From Camelus ferus (lineage: Eukaryota): DNA of 64,000 bases. The stretch lies in the NCBI RefSeq assembly GCF_009834535.1, contig NC_045707.1, forward strand, positions 48,424,001 through 48,488,000. The letters are read 5' to 3'. The notes below the pieces were generated by a model. It was not told the DNA's origin, searched no databases, and saw only the letters and a list, made by a program, of their open reading frames with translations. Position numbers and translations under genes: made by a program. Positions 26,826-40,199 of the stretch are shown in pieces. Every line of letters begins with the position of its first letter. Positions within the stretch are counted from its first letter, which is position 1.

Positions 26826-27699
26826 CTATTGTTTTAAAAGGTGGGGAACCCCTTCAATGATGTTTACTTCCATATGGTGGGAGTGCAAATATTGTTAACT
26901 CTTAGGCTCTGCCACCCTTTCATTCCCTGAATACCAGGGGATGTGGGTAGTTCATCTGACTATTATATGTGAAAGGAAGAATATGGCCAGTTTTGCCCTT
27001 TTTCATCCTTGGAAGTCAGTACAATGCTTCACATCATTTTCTTACATACTGGTACTTGTGCTGGGGCAGCCTCCGTTGCTACAGGGTAAGGAATTGGGAA
27101 TTGTAGCTTTTGAAAGGACAGCATTAAGATTCGGCATTTTTTTTTTTTTTTTTTTATGTTGGCTGGGAACATTGGAAAGTAAACCAAGACAAATTTAAGG
27201 GAGCAAAGTATACGTGTGAAGTGATGGAATGTCTGATGTGGCCAGGGCATATGGTTCTAGGCTTTGAATTTTATGTGTGAGTAGAATGTTCTAACCTCAA
27301 TCACTTTTGGAAGTTTATATTGGGCCAGATTTAAACAAAAGCTTAAAACTTTGGGTCAAAGGTATTTTGACTTTGGTTACCATGTGGCTTTGTCCACGGG
27401 CATGTTTCTACAGAGGACATTTCCCTAGAGGTAGGGATCTAAGTAAACATGGACCTTAAACAAAGGCATTCAGACCCCTGCAAAGGCACTTGGGTCCTGG
27501 AAGAAGTAATTAGCTGGTGAAGGTGCATACAGGAGGCTCAGTAAAGTTCTGAGGACTTTTTAGATAGTCTCAGAGGGCTCCAGCCAAACAGACCCTGGCA
27601 AACTGCTAACTGTTTTAAGAGTCATAGCCTGTTTTAGTGTGTGAGCCACTGCAGACTGCTATACAGGCACAGTATAATCTGGCATTGCAGGCTAGACTT

Positions 27700-28030
27700 A
27701 GGGGTGCAGAGAGGCTACTGAGTCTCCATCCATTTTCTCTTCTTCCAGAGTATAACTAGATGTCATTTTCCAGTCTTCCTTGCAGTAAGTCATGCTTGTG
27801 TGATTGAGTTTAAGCCAACAGAATATGAGTGGAAATGATGGTATATCATTTTTAGGCTCACTTCATGTAAACCTTCCTCACGTTTCCTCTCTGCTTTATT
27901 TCCCTTCACAAGCTTAGTCAAATGAACAAGGAATCTTGGAAACCACGTGGCGCAGATGATGGGAATAAAGAGGAAAATTAAAATTAAGATGTAACACATG
28001 TGTAGATCTTGCCTCTCCAGAAACAATGAT
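27700..28030 (+). mobile_element. MLT1H/J-type MaLR LTR fragment; 26830-27700 upstream may be internal sequence
   Basis: cattttccagtcttccttgcagtaag...gtgtgattgagtttaagccaacagaatatgagtggaaatgatg. Confidence 0.65.
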
Positions 28031-28384
28031 TAGGATTTAATTTAACTTCTTGTTGATAGATTTCTTCCAGTTGAGATTAAATCAATAAGTTATGGGTTAT
28101 GGATAAGGTCAGACTGACTGGCATCCTCATGTTAAAAACAAGCCAAATTTCTCCAACTTCCCTCTCCTTCACTCAAATACCAAGTAATTTATGCTACTTT
28201 TAAAATATTGCTGAATATTCTGTTTATAATTTTGCCTAGGAGCAAAACTGGAGCTGTGGCCTGAATTATCTGAAAAAAAATTGGTGCAAGGCCAGTACTG
28301 TAATAATCTTGGATGCCTGGTTTCCATTACTGTGAGCCAAAAATTAAAACCACAATAAAACACCTAAAAATGGATAAAAAAAAA

Positions 28385-29070
28385 AAAAAAACTATCTAAT
28401 GTTGGCAGGAATGTGGAGCAACCAGAACTCTCAAATATTGTCATGGAAGTATAAAAATGATATACCTACTTTGGAAAAAATTTAGTAGTTTCTTACAAAA
28501 TTAAATATTCTTCTATCCTATGGCCTAGGAATTCTCCCAGGTACTGATCCAAGAAGAATGAAGATATATCCACAAAACTCTTTGAGCAGTAACATCTATG
28601 GTGGTTTTATTCATAACATCCCAAAAGCTAGAAATAGCTCAGGTATCCATCAACGGGAGAACAGACTTTTAAAAAAGCCTGCGTCATATTCCCACATCTA
28701 ACACTCCCTCCACACTGCCTCCCCCTCAGTAACAAAAAGGACTATACTATTGATACCCAAAAACATAGGTGAATTTCAAAAATATCCTCAGTGAAAGAAA
28801 CCAGACACTAGAGAATACATACTTTATGATTCTATGTACATGCATTTCTACAGCAGGCGAAACTCAAGTACGATAAAAGACAACAGAACGACTGGTTTTT
28901 GAGGGACAGGAATTCACTGGGAAGTGTCACAAGGGCACTCCCTGGAGCGACAGAAAATATTCCACTTCTTGATAGAGGCATGGAGTATATATATTTGTCA
29001 AAACTAATTGAACTATATACTTCAGATTTGTACATTTCACCATTTGCAAATCCTGCCTCAATAAAAACAC
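28385..29070 (+). mobile_element. Old L1M (L1MD/ME-like) 3' end
   Basis: tgttggcaggaatgtggagcaaccagaactctc...tttgtcaaaactaattgaactatatactt...cctcaataaaaa. Confidence 0.85.
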
Positions 29071-29099
29071 AAGTAATACATTAAAAAACAGCTGCTTTA

Positions 29100-29106
29100 C
29101 TGTGGT

Positions 29107-29152
<46 letters not shown>

Positions 29153-29627
29153 CAATGGAATACTATTCTGCCATAAAAAATAATGCCATTTGCAGCAAGA
29201 TGGATGGACATAGAGACTGTCATTCCAAGTGAAGTAAGCCAGAAAGAGTAAGAAAAATACCATATGACATCACTCATATGTGGTATCTAGGGAAAAAAAA
29301 AAGGGCCACTAATGAACTCATCTACAAAACAGAAACAGACTCGCAGACTTAGTAAACAATCTTATGGTTCCCAGGGAAAGGAGGAGGGAGGGGATAAATT
29401 TGGGAGTTTGAGATTTACAAATGTTAGCCACTATACATAAAAATAGATTTTTAAAAAAGTTTCTTTTGTATAGCACAGAGAACTATGTTCAATATCTTGT
29501 AATAACCTTAAATGGAAAAAATATGAGAACAAATATATGTATGTATACGCATAACTGGGATATTGCGCTGTACACCAGATATAGGCACATTGTAATTGAC
29601 AGTATTAAAAAAAAAAAAACAAAAAAA
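29100..29627 (+). mobile_element. Camelid/artiodactyl-type L1 3' end with internal (CA)n and poly(A)
   Basis: aataatgccatttgcagcaagatggatggac...tgtatagcacagagaactatgttcaatatcttgtaataacc...poly(A). Confidence 0.9.
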
Positions 29628-30199
29628 CCCCAAACCTCTGCTTTAAAAAATCAGGCATAAAATTCTGAGCATTGAAAGAACTATACACATTCTGGCAAAA
29701 ACTAGCCTAGGTTTGAGCTGCTGAAGGAGCCCCAACTCTGCCCAGGCATCGAGACCTTCTCTAGCCAAGGCTGAGAAGACTAGGAAGTGCTGAGAATGAA
29801 TTTTTGACTCTTCTTTCTGTGAACCTGGAATTCACGTGGGATTTTATTTTGAATTCAATGCCATTCATTGCTAGAATCCAACTTGAAACTTCGTTTAATT
29901 TTTAACTTCTTTCTGAAAATTTGATAATGTTGGTGTGTTTATATTCACATTGTTGTGATTTTTTTAAACTAGAGAATCTGTATGCCTTTTTATTATATGA
30001 GAATTCTAATGTTGTCTTTTAATTTTATGGAAGAACCTCTGTCATGTTACGCTAGACAATATAGCTGGACATAATTTGGGATGGAAAAAGAATAGGGAGC
30101 AAAATATCAGCCTTATGTACAGAACCTTCTTGTCAAACTTTGCACTGCCCACCGAAGTCCCACCAGGACACTCCAAGTGAGGAGGGTTTCCACAGTCTA

Positions 30200-30661
30200 C
30201 AACTGTGGTGACTGGCTTAAGGATCAGTTTGGGCTGAAGGCATTTGAGAAACAGCAACTGCAAGAAGGATTATTTGACCTTCCCTTTTCTTCCTGAAAAT
30301 AGGAGATAAAATTCCCAAGTGAGAGATGTCTTCCCTATACCAGGAAGGAAGAAATATTCTTATCACCAAGATAGGGTGTCAGGATAAGAGAATGTTGTAC
30401 AGACAGAATCTGTAAAAATAACTCTTATTTTCCTTTAGCTTCTTCATATATTTTAGTTATTTTCCTCAATTGTCTCTGTTCAACTTAATATGGAAGCATT
30501 TAGGTTTTGCCACCTCTTTGGGTCTTCATTTTCCTATGGGGGCCCCCATGTACATGTAAAAATCTGCATGCATTTCTCCTATTTATATGTCTATATCAAT
30601 TTAATTTTCAAGCTCAGCAGAGATCCTGAGAGGGTAGAGGTAAAGTTTTGCCTCCCCTACG
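30200..30661 (+). mobile_element. MER34-like ERV1 LTR
   Basis: gctgaaggcatttgagaaacagca...ccctataccaggaaggaag...tctttgggtcttcatttt...ttttgcctcccctac. Confidence 0.75.
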
Positions 30662-30887
30662 CGCAAGGAATTCTGAGGTTCAGTTTATCAGCCCACTGGA
30701 TTCGCATGTAAAGCTACATCTTCCCTCTTAGCCTTGAGCTATAAAAAAAAGTTACTTTATTCTCCATCTGCAGACTCCTGACTTATATCTCAGTTCAGAA
30801 TTTGGGTAAGGTAGAGAGGTAGCTGTTTCTTAAAGGTAATGTTTAAAATCAGTATGACTTACATTGCCCATGAAAAGAATGAGTAGA

Positions 30888-31059
30888 CAAAACAACAAGG
30901 TCCTACTGTATAGCACAGGGAACTATATTCAATACCTTATAATAGCCTGTAGTGAAAAAGAATATGAAAAGGAATATATAAGTATGTATGTGTAACTGAA
31001 TCACTATGTTGTACACCTGAACTTAACACAACATTGTAAACCAACTATACTTTAATAAT
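30888..31059 (+). mobile_element. Short 5'-truncated artiodactyl-type L1 3' end
   Basis: aacaacaaggtcctactgtatagcacagggaactatattcaatacc; 14-bp TSD aaagaatgaRtaga at 30874-30887 and 31060-31073. Confidence 0.9.
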
Positions 31060-31639
31060 AAAGAATGAATAGATAAAAACAAGGACTGAGAAAGAATCCT
31101 TAAAAATATATTATTTATAAAGAATGTGAAAGAAGAAAAGGAGGCAGTGAATTAAGTGGAAAGTGAGTGAGTGGGAGGCAGGAGAAGCTACAGGAGGGTA
31201 GAGAGTGAGGGCAGCAAAAGAGAAGCTTCAGCAAGATCGATGATGCAGGGGTCTAAGAGGATGACAAATGAGAAAAGCAATTCTGTTTACCAATACCTAT
31301 TCAATTACAAAATACATGGCAATCTCCAAAAAGCCTTGAAATCCATTGTGTACTGCTAGAATGTAATCATTATTAGAATGCAGGTTCCTCAAGGGCTCAA
31401 GATTACGTGCTGTTCATTTCGAGTGCCAAGCCCCCAGCTGGCACTGAACAAGGTATTTGTGAAATAAATGGTCTTCTTTTTCCTCCCCGCAATCTTGTGT
31501 AGATATTTTCCCTATTTTTACTTTATAAAGAAGAAAATGCTTGCCCAGGATCAGCAATTTTAATTAATGACAGAGCCAGATTCCTGATCATTGGTACTAT
31601 GCTCTGTTCAGTGACAGTAAGGCACTCACATCCCACCTC

Positions 31640-31935
31640 TCCCACCTCCTTCGCATCTTTGTTCAAATGACCATTTCTCAGTAAGGCCAACTCTGAGGAC
31701 TCCACTCAAAACTATACTTCCTTCTCTGAACATCCCCTTTGTTATATTGCTCTCCACAGCACTTATGACCTTCTAATATGTTATAGAATTAATGTATTTG
31801 TTTTACTTTAGTTTATTGTTGATTCAGAATATAAGCTAGAGATTTTTTTCTGCTTTCTTCACAGATATATTCCAGATGCTTTTAAGAATGACTAGCACTA
31901 AGTAGGTGTTTAAAAAATTATGTGTTGAATGAATT
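31640..31935 (+). mobile_element. L2a 3' end
   Basis: ttcaaatgaccatttctcagtaaggcc...cacagcacttatgacc...tgttgaatgaat tail. Confidence 0.8.
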
Positions 31936-33289
31936 AAAAGTTACAGTTTTACAGGAAATATAACAGAAAAACCAAAACACACTTTTTTAGTCATAAAGCT
32001 TGAGTTTTGAAAAATAAGTAACTCTAGCTTTTTTCACTTTTCAACATTATAAAATGCCTGAACCCAGTCAATAAGTAAAAAAAATAAATAATGGTAACCA
32101 CTTCATTGTAAGTTACATAGCACACTGAGCTATTCGGCAGAAAATGACTTTAAAACATAATATATGTTAACATATGTAAAGTGGATAGTGACTGATTTTC
32201 AAAACATTATTCATACATGTGTGACTTTAATTAGAAAGCTATAATAGATACATTATGAATTTTCATGAAGAAAAAAGCCAGCATCTGGACTTGAGATTCT
32301 ACACAAAGAGAAAGCTGGGTTTCCTCTTCCTTTTCCAGAGCCCATAAAATCTAAATTTTCTTCAGTTAAAATTTTGTCAGAAATAGCAAAATAAAACCCT
32401 AAACTATAATGTCAGTAAGCCTTTACTGCCAATATTTACATTCATGATTACAAGCTTATAGAGAAGGACCACGGTGATTCCATAGTTTTTAAAATTTTCT
32501 AACATAACTATAACATGATAATATTTCAATAAACCACTAAGTTCTTGTTTTGTAACATGTATTTTTTAAAGAAATACATTTGTTGCAAATATATTTATCT
32601 AAGATGTTCATCTTTTTTGTTTTATTTTTAAAGTATTATCAGCAGTAAACCTTCCTAGATTTGAGTTCTTTAACACTGTCTTAAAAAAAAAACACTACTT
32701 AAAGAAATATCTTTTTCCTCCAAAATTCATGGAAATATTTGAAGACATCATAATTCTTTTTTAAACCCTTGTAAAGAATTTGCTTCTATGTGTAAACCGA
32801 TTTTTCCATCTTGGAAATGCATATGAATGCAGTAATTGTTTTTGAGTCACTAAAATATCCACTTAGCTTCTAGAGCACTTACAGCTTACATAATATAATA
32901 ATTAATACTTGTAATTATTTCTTTAATTTATCATCTCCCCAAGAACTCTAAAATCTCCTGGAAGACAATAAACTACTGAAATAATTTATTCTTACTCCTT
33001 TCTATTATTAAACATAAAATAGGCATTCAAAATATATTTGGTTCAACAATTGTTAATTTGAATATTACTCATTCAATGCAAATCATTATGCATACTTAGA
33101 CAAAAGTATCAGCCATTATCATTCCTTAAGCCAAGTAAATAAATAATTGTTCTAAGTAGTCAAAAAATCTTATTTTTTCCTTTTGTGGTAAATATGAGAT
33201 AATTCAATCTTGCTTCTTTGTGAAAATACTGTATGAATACCTCTAACTTTGATCATTCACATGCATTCATAGATACATACATATGTATA

Positions 33290-33515
33290 TTCAACTATTT
33301 GCTATGCATTGTGCTGGATTCTTTGGCACATTTTTCTTTTTTATTCCTTACAACACCTCTTAAAAGCATCACTGTCTTCATGTTTTAGATAAGAAAGCTG
33401 AGGCTTAGAAAAATATAGTTAATTGTCTAAGATCTTACTGGTGGTAAAAATCAAAGTTGATATTTAAATGCAAATCTTTAGAATACAAATTCACTCATCT
33501 TTCCAAAGTAACACA
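33290..33515 (-). mobile_element. MIR SINE
   Basis: tccttacaacacctc...ttttagataagaaagctgaggcttaga. Confidence 0.65.
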
Positions 33516-34612
33516 GCTGACTCATTTCATACATATTGTCCATTCAAATAAGTGGGTATACTGGTGTATACTATGCATATACCATACTAGTGCATATTAT
33601 ATAAGGCAGAGTAGCCGCTAAACAAAGGTAAACGTCTCTAAATGAATACACAGTAATGCCCACACAGGTATAGGACTGGCTTTCTTGACTTGACATTAGG
33701 TATCTGCACCTAAAAGAAAGTTGCATTTTTGGAAACCTTCCAATGTGGCTTCTACTTAGGACAGAAAATTGGCGATTATTCTTACAACAGGAAGGATCAG
33801 ATAATCATCATCTACTCCTTAAACATTCTCTTTAAATGTTTTTTCTCTTTTGAACTGCAGATTAGGAACAGATAAGGACCATTTGTACACACTGCTTAGC
33901 AATACAAAAAAAAGTTATCTCATAGTCTAAATTCAGCTCTATACTGTTTAGGTTATTCAGTATTTGTCATGTGTTAAGCATATGTTAGATATTCAAATAT
34001 TTACTGGGTGGAGACTGTGTGATGATTTTTTCTGAAACTAAGACCACTAGGTCAGTTGATGGGGTCCCTACAAATCACTGTGAATTACTTTGCTGATGTC
34101 AAATGAGCTTCTAACCATGCTATTCAAGTTCAAGTTTCCTTCAGCTCTGCAGCATCTCTGATTTTATCGTACCTTCAGGAATTAGGAAAATCAATTTGAA
34201 TGCTCAGTTTAATATATTCATTCCATAAATGGCCTCTACCATAAATGTTGAAGCTTACAAATTCTTAAACCCCTCCATACAAAACAGGATTTGTGACAGA
34301 AAACTCCAGAATTTTTGGTAAATTTTTACAAATTACAACAGAAAATTTCCTGTGCTGGGTTTGCTCTTTTTAAGAGCATAAAAGCCACAAATGTAGGGAT
34401 GCCTCTTGTTTGTTAAGCTTATAATCTTTGATTCATCTTCAATTTTGAGAAAGCAAGCCCTGAGGGGGGTCTGGTTTACATCACTGAAGTAAGACAATGG
34501 TTCTAATCTGCAATTTTCTATTTTGTTACCACTATTTGAAGACTAATTTCAATTTAAACTTGCCTGTTTTCCCTTCTCTCTCAGTATAAAGCTGTTTTGA
34601 TTACAGGAGGGC

Positions 34613-34692
34613 TGGAGGTGATGGTGGTGGTGTTGGTGGAGGTGGTGGTGGAGATGATGATGGTGTGTGTGTGTGTGTGCGTGTGTGTGTGT
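34613..34692. repeat. Compound (GGT)n-like and (GT)n repeat
   Basis: Directly visible. Confidence 0.9.
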
Positions 34693-35920
34693 AAAGGAGG
34701 TAAGGTGGGTAGCGGAGTGGGAGGCAGCATACATGGACTTTGTATTTGTTAATCTGCTTATAAATCTAACAGATTTTTTAGCTGAAATTCCGCCAGTGTT
34801 AATTGTACATGCAGAATTCACGCTGGGAAAATCTCCTTGGGAGAAAAAAAGACGAAGTGCACAGCCGGCCTGTTATGTAAGATGTTTATTTTCATCCAAT
34901 CCAACCCACCATAGGCAGAACAGAAAATAGGCCAGCACTTCTGACCAGTGACATCACCTCATCATCAGGAGAAAGCAGGAAAGGCTGATTACCATATTGT
35001 TAGCAAAGAGGATAATTTTCTTCCACGATTGTTTCTCTTGTGGAAATCTTTATTTCTAGAGCTAGTTATCTCATCTCCCTTTGATGTTTATTTCTTCAGA
35101 TTCTGTAGTAACAGTGAAGCTACCTGGATTTCAGTTCTTGCACAATGCATGTAAACATGTATTTCAGTACTTCTTCTATAGGTCTCCAAACTTGAAAATG
35201 TTGGATCATTTTAGCAGAACATTGACACCCTAAGGAAATTGTCGGGGGAAGAGGGAGAAGCATCTTGATATTTAATTTTATGCAGTATCTTATATAGCAC
35301 TGAGTAATCTGCTTTACAGAATGCCTTTTTTCTTAGACTGCGTTGCTTTGTAATTTTTAAGTAGATGAACATCATGTTTATTTCACGAATACTAAGAATT
35401 AAGTGAACAGGTTTTAAATATGTGTTTTAAGCAGCTCATCATCTTTTTTATAATATAGATATTTTTGAAATTTATACAGAGTGAAGTGGGTAAAGTTGTG
35501 TGTGCGTGCACCTGGGTGCATGTGTGCTTTTCCTATTGATTCAAAAGTAAAAGGAAACAAAAAACATGCCCCTTTTTATTTTAGAGGTTGACTACATTAC
35601 ACTTAGAAAACATACCACAATAAAACTAACCACCCTGCTTTTGCTTATGACAGGTTTGGCAAGATGTTTTTTCTCTGTTAAGGAGCAATCTTTAGGATCA
35701 TTCCCATTATCCACTTTTTAATACTCTGTCTATTTTTGTTTCATTCTCCCTCTAGAGGAAGTTAGTGGGTACTACGATTCAAACTTCAAAATCTAATACA
35801 TCAGCAGGCCTAATTGAAAACAATCAGGAGAATAATTCCTTGATTTCATTTACATTCAACTTAGCTCAGTCCTAGAAGATATTAACTCAAGTAGCTCTAC
35901 GTTTTTGGCATCTTTTTCTT

Positions 35921-36252
35921 TTTTTTTTTTTACATTTTTTATTGAGTTATAGTCATTTTACAATGTTGTGTCAAATTCCAGTGTAGAGCACAATTTTTCA
36001 GTTATACATGAACATACATATATTCACTGTCACATTTTTTTTCACTGTGAGTTACCATAAGATCTTGTATATATTTCCCTGTGCTATACAGTAGAATCTT
36101 GTTTATCTATTCTACATTTTGAAATCCCAGTCTGTCCCTTCCCACCCCTCACCCCCTTGGAACCACAAGTTTGTATTCTATGTCTATGAGTCTGTTTCTA
36201 TTTTGTATATACGTTCTTTTTTTTTTAGATTCCACATATGAGCGATCTCTTA
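35921..36252 (-). mobile_element. Young camelid-type L1 3' end
   Basis: Poly(T), then ttattgagttatagtcattttacaatgttgtgtcaaattccagtgtagagc; perfect 16-bp TSD ttggcatctttttctt at 35905-35920 and 36253-36268. Confidence 0.95.
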
Positions 36253-37493
36253 TTGGCATCTTTTTCTTAAAGCTGGAGTGTCAGTATCTTAAGGGTTTTT
36301 TTGTTTGTTTTCTTTGTTGTTGGGTTTTTTTTGTTTTTTCATTTGTTTGCTTGTTTGTTTGTTTAATAGCAAAACCAAAATCTTAACCCTAGTGAAGGTG
36401 GGTGTACTGAAGAGGTTAGCATTTCAGTGTCTAATGCAATGAGTGGCATCCCATCAGTATGATTACTGTGTTCTGGGATTCACATTACATCTGCTAGGTA
36501 GTCTTTGAGGGCACTGGCTGCCACTTAATGTTGTATAAATTGAATACAGCAATTAAAAGTGGCCCCCATATCCTGCAGATATGATACCCAAATATCAAGA
36601 TTTGGACAAAAATATCCATCTTCCAACTGTAGATGAATATAGAAAAGGGCTCCTTTCTCTTCTTCCTACAGACATAAATAGTCTGATTTGGGGAAACCTA
36701 TTTTCTCTGTCTATAAACTGAGAATAATTAAATCTACCTCCAGTAGTTTGAAGATCAGTATATACATTGCCTAATATGTAACTGACACAGAGAAAATTTC
36801 TTTTCTCTTCCATTTTGTAATAAAAATTCCCTGACTCAGGCTATAAAGTAAAAACAAAAAGTTGTAAAACTTTTCAAGAGAGTCTCCTCATTTCTTGATA
36901 CATTCTCTTCCATGCTCTTATTTTAAATTTCAGAGTCATGGCATGATTTTGTCTTCAAAATACTGTTGCTGTGGTCTTGCAGAAATGCCAGTGATGAGAG
37001 CGCAGCCTAGAAAGACAGAAATCTGTGATGTTTGTGTTCCATATGGGGCTGTGTTTGTGGTGGAACATAGAAAGAAAAGGAGGAATAGGTCTTACTGTTT
37101 AGACCTAGAAGGAAGTTAAGCACATAAAGCTTAAAAAAGCAAGATACAGTAGAGTATGATCATGTGTATTATATTTACATTTTAAAAGCCAAGAAAATTA
37201 TTTATGAAACTATTTGCGGGAAGGTGGGATTATGCAGAACTTTGGGAACACTTTCTTCTCTGTACCAAATGCGTGAAAATATTTCAGTAGATAATACTAC
37301 ACATGGTGAAATTTCATAAGGAGATAAGTAAGTCTTTCTCCCACTTCTGAACTCCAGTATCTTCGTTCCCCTCCCCTAAACAACCACTGTTTACAGTTTA
37401 TTTTATCACCTTTTTTAAAGATTTTCCTATGGGTGACATATAAAAATCATATAAGCATACATATGTGTATGTATGTGTATATATATATAAATA

Positions 37494-38056
37494 AATTGAT
37501 TCTTGTTATTCACAGTAGTTATATTTGTCTCTTTGAACACTAAATTAACAACAACTGTATCATTACTCCTAGGGGAAATACAGAGTTAGGTTCCTGGAAA
37601 ACTGATCACAACATTGTCACCAATTGACAAAATATAACTTTGTCTTATGTGTGTTTCTATTTAAAGAAATAGAAACTTACTTATGATTACTTATGATTTA
37701 TTGACATTGAACTTACAGCCAATAGCACTATAACTCATGCCTGAACAAAACTTATCTAAAACGCGTATTTTCTCTGTAAAGCAATCACAACCTTCTTGTA
37801 CTTAGGAGCACTAGACAGCACTTCAGCATTATGCTCGGGGCCATTTTAAACAGCAAAATCACCAACAAAAGGCACAAAAATGATAAAAGCCAGGCATTAA
37901 GTAGACTGCAAAAGGGACACTCGTTTACAGCATGGGAGCAGAAACAAGAAGGCAGAGCACTGTCTTGTTTAACCTAGGAAATTCTGTGAAATTGATTTTG
38001 GGGTTACAAATAAATTTTAGTAAGTAGACGAATCCACAAATACTGAGAATTGACTG
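37494..38056. mobile_element. MER82-like (TcMar-Tigger) DNA transposon
   Basis: gattcttgttattcacagtagttat...ctcctaggggaaatacagagttaggttcctg...gaatccacaaatactgagaattgactg; degenerate TIRs and TA-rich flanks. Confidence 0.8.
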
Positions 38057-38184
38057 TGTGTGTATGTATATATATATGTGTGTGTATGTGTTGTATATGC
38101 ATATATGCATATACATATGCATATATCTCCTTTATCGCAACCAACATATTATATACATTTTCTGAAAACTGCTTCGAAGTATTG

Positions 38185-38410
38185 CTCAGTGTTTAATAGT
38201 GCAGACTCCTTAAGTTAGACTGTAAAGGTCAAATCTTGACATTAACTTTTCCTAGCTATGTGATCTTGAGCAGGTTACCTAATCTTTCTGTGCCTCTGTT
38301 AACTCAACTGTAATATGGGAATGATAAAGGTTTCTACTTAAAGGGGTTGCTGTGAGGATCAAATAAGTTAATATGCAAAAGGCACTTGGGACATGCCTAT
38401 TTACTCTGTC
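38185..38410 (+). mobile_element. MIR SINE, near full length
   Basis: ctagctatgtgatcttgagcaggttacctaatctttctgtgcctc...ggttgctgtgaggatcaaataag. Confidence 0.85.
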
Positions 38411-38429
38411 GTCATTTAAGAATATATTC

Positions 38430-38700
38430 TGGGGATTATTCCTTATTGGTCCATATAGTGTATTAATTCTTTTTAAAAACAAAATAGTATTACATTGTAT
38501 GGCTACACCATCATTTTTTAACCTCCTGTCTCACAGATTACATTGAGATAACTTCCTATCTTTTGCTTCAATAAGAATCTTGGAACACATTTCCATGTGC
38601 ATATGTGGAAACCTATCTCTGAGGGATCGTGCAGTTTTAATTCTGATGTATATTGCCACATTGCTCTCCAGGATTTGTTATAACAATCATGTATAACCAA
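38430..38700 (-). mobile_element. Old L1M fragment
   Basis: atagtattacattgtatggct...tattgccacattgctctccagga. Confidence 0.55.
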
Positions 38701-40199
38701 GGGGAAAAAGCTACTTCCTTTCAATAAAGAGAGAGAAAATAATGACACTTAGTTCTTATCTTTTGTTCAAATGCAAAAAAAAATTTTTTCCTACATTAGG
38801 TTGAATAAACGATCCCTTCATTGTTTACTCTGTCAGTGTAAGTGACACTAGAATGACATTTTATGCCACCCAGTGTTTAGGTTTACAAAGCACTAAAAGG
38901 TTTGCAAATATTTTGCAGGTTATGTGAATTCTCTCTCAGCCCACCAACACAGCATATTATATCAGTCCAATAAGATTTTACCCTTTCAGTTAAGACTAAA
39001 ACTATCATTTCCTCTACTTGATGCTCCTCTTTATATTAGTCAGCCTCCAATAAAGTAACTTGATTATTACCTTATTTAGGACATGAAATAGGAAAAGCAC
39101 AATAATTGATACACATTGTGTTTTATAGACACTAGTACTGGCAGCAGAAACTTAGGGAAAAAATACCAAAACATATTTAAAAGGATTTTTTCTTTAAGGC
39201 AGAGAGCATTAAGAGCATCCACAAAAATAATTCTAACATAAAGTAGTCTTCTGGCTTCTTCAGTGTTTCCACCTTACTGCTGCCTGCCTGCCTCCCAAAT
39301 CATTATAGGAAAACATGATTGAATTTTTGCTTCCTTTTATAACTTCTTCAGAGCAGATTATGTTTCACTTCTTTTATTTATTTTTTATCTTTAAGAACAT
39401 TCATTAATCTCTTTACAAGGAATCACAGAGGTATCTGGAATTCTGATTATGGGCTGTGGAGACAATAACCACAAAGAACTGAGCTGAGGTACATTTTTAA
39501 CAAGGGGAGGATGTCATTGGAAGCTCTCTGTGGGACTGCGAAAAGGTTCTAGAAAATAGTCTGAGTCACTCTTATTAGGAGAGTCAGGGAGGAGAGCAGC
39601 TGTGCAAAATTAGTACCAGTATCTTCCTACCCTCCATTTTAAACTTTTCAGAAGATTTTTTTCTGGTCAATTCTTCCTGAGAAGGGCAACCTAATCAGAC
39701 ATAATCTTTGCTTTTAGAGGTTACCATGGTGACTGGCCAGGACAGACTATCTTCTCTCAGCATCATAAACACATTCTGTATGGGGCTAAATAAGCCTTGT
39801 ATACCATCAGGGTTTTTTCTTTGAGCGATAAAACAAATAGGGAACATAGAAATTGTTCACAGCAATCAGAAATGATATTTTCCCATATTGATTTTTTTCC
39901 TTTCTTTTTGTCCTTTTTTTTTATCTGTGCCGTATCTCTTTGAAGTATACATCAAGGTAGCACACTTATTACAGGAAGCAAAAATACAGTGAATCTTAAA
40001 AAGAAAAAAAAAAATATATGGACCAGGACAGTGAAAGTCTTACCAACCACTTATGTTCTGTTGAAAGTGAAAGACAGTTTCACTCACCCAGGCTGACAAT
40101 GAGACTAGTACAGACAATCAGAAGACACTTCTGTGGCTAAATGAATACAAGAGCAATCCCTAACTGGTGGGGTATAGGAAACAACGCACACTATTTTTT

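Noticed and set aside
34549..34821. His-rich 90-aa ORF on the minus strand
   Set aside because: The poly-His and HT repeats are translations of the (GGT)n/(GT)n tract, and the rest has no recognisable domain.
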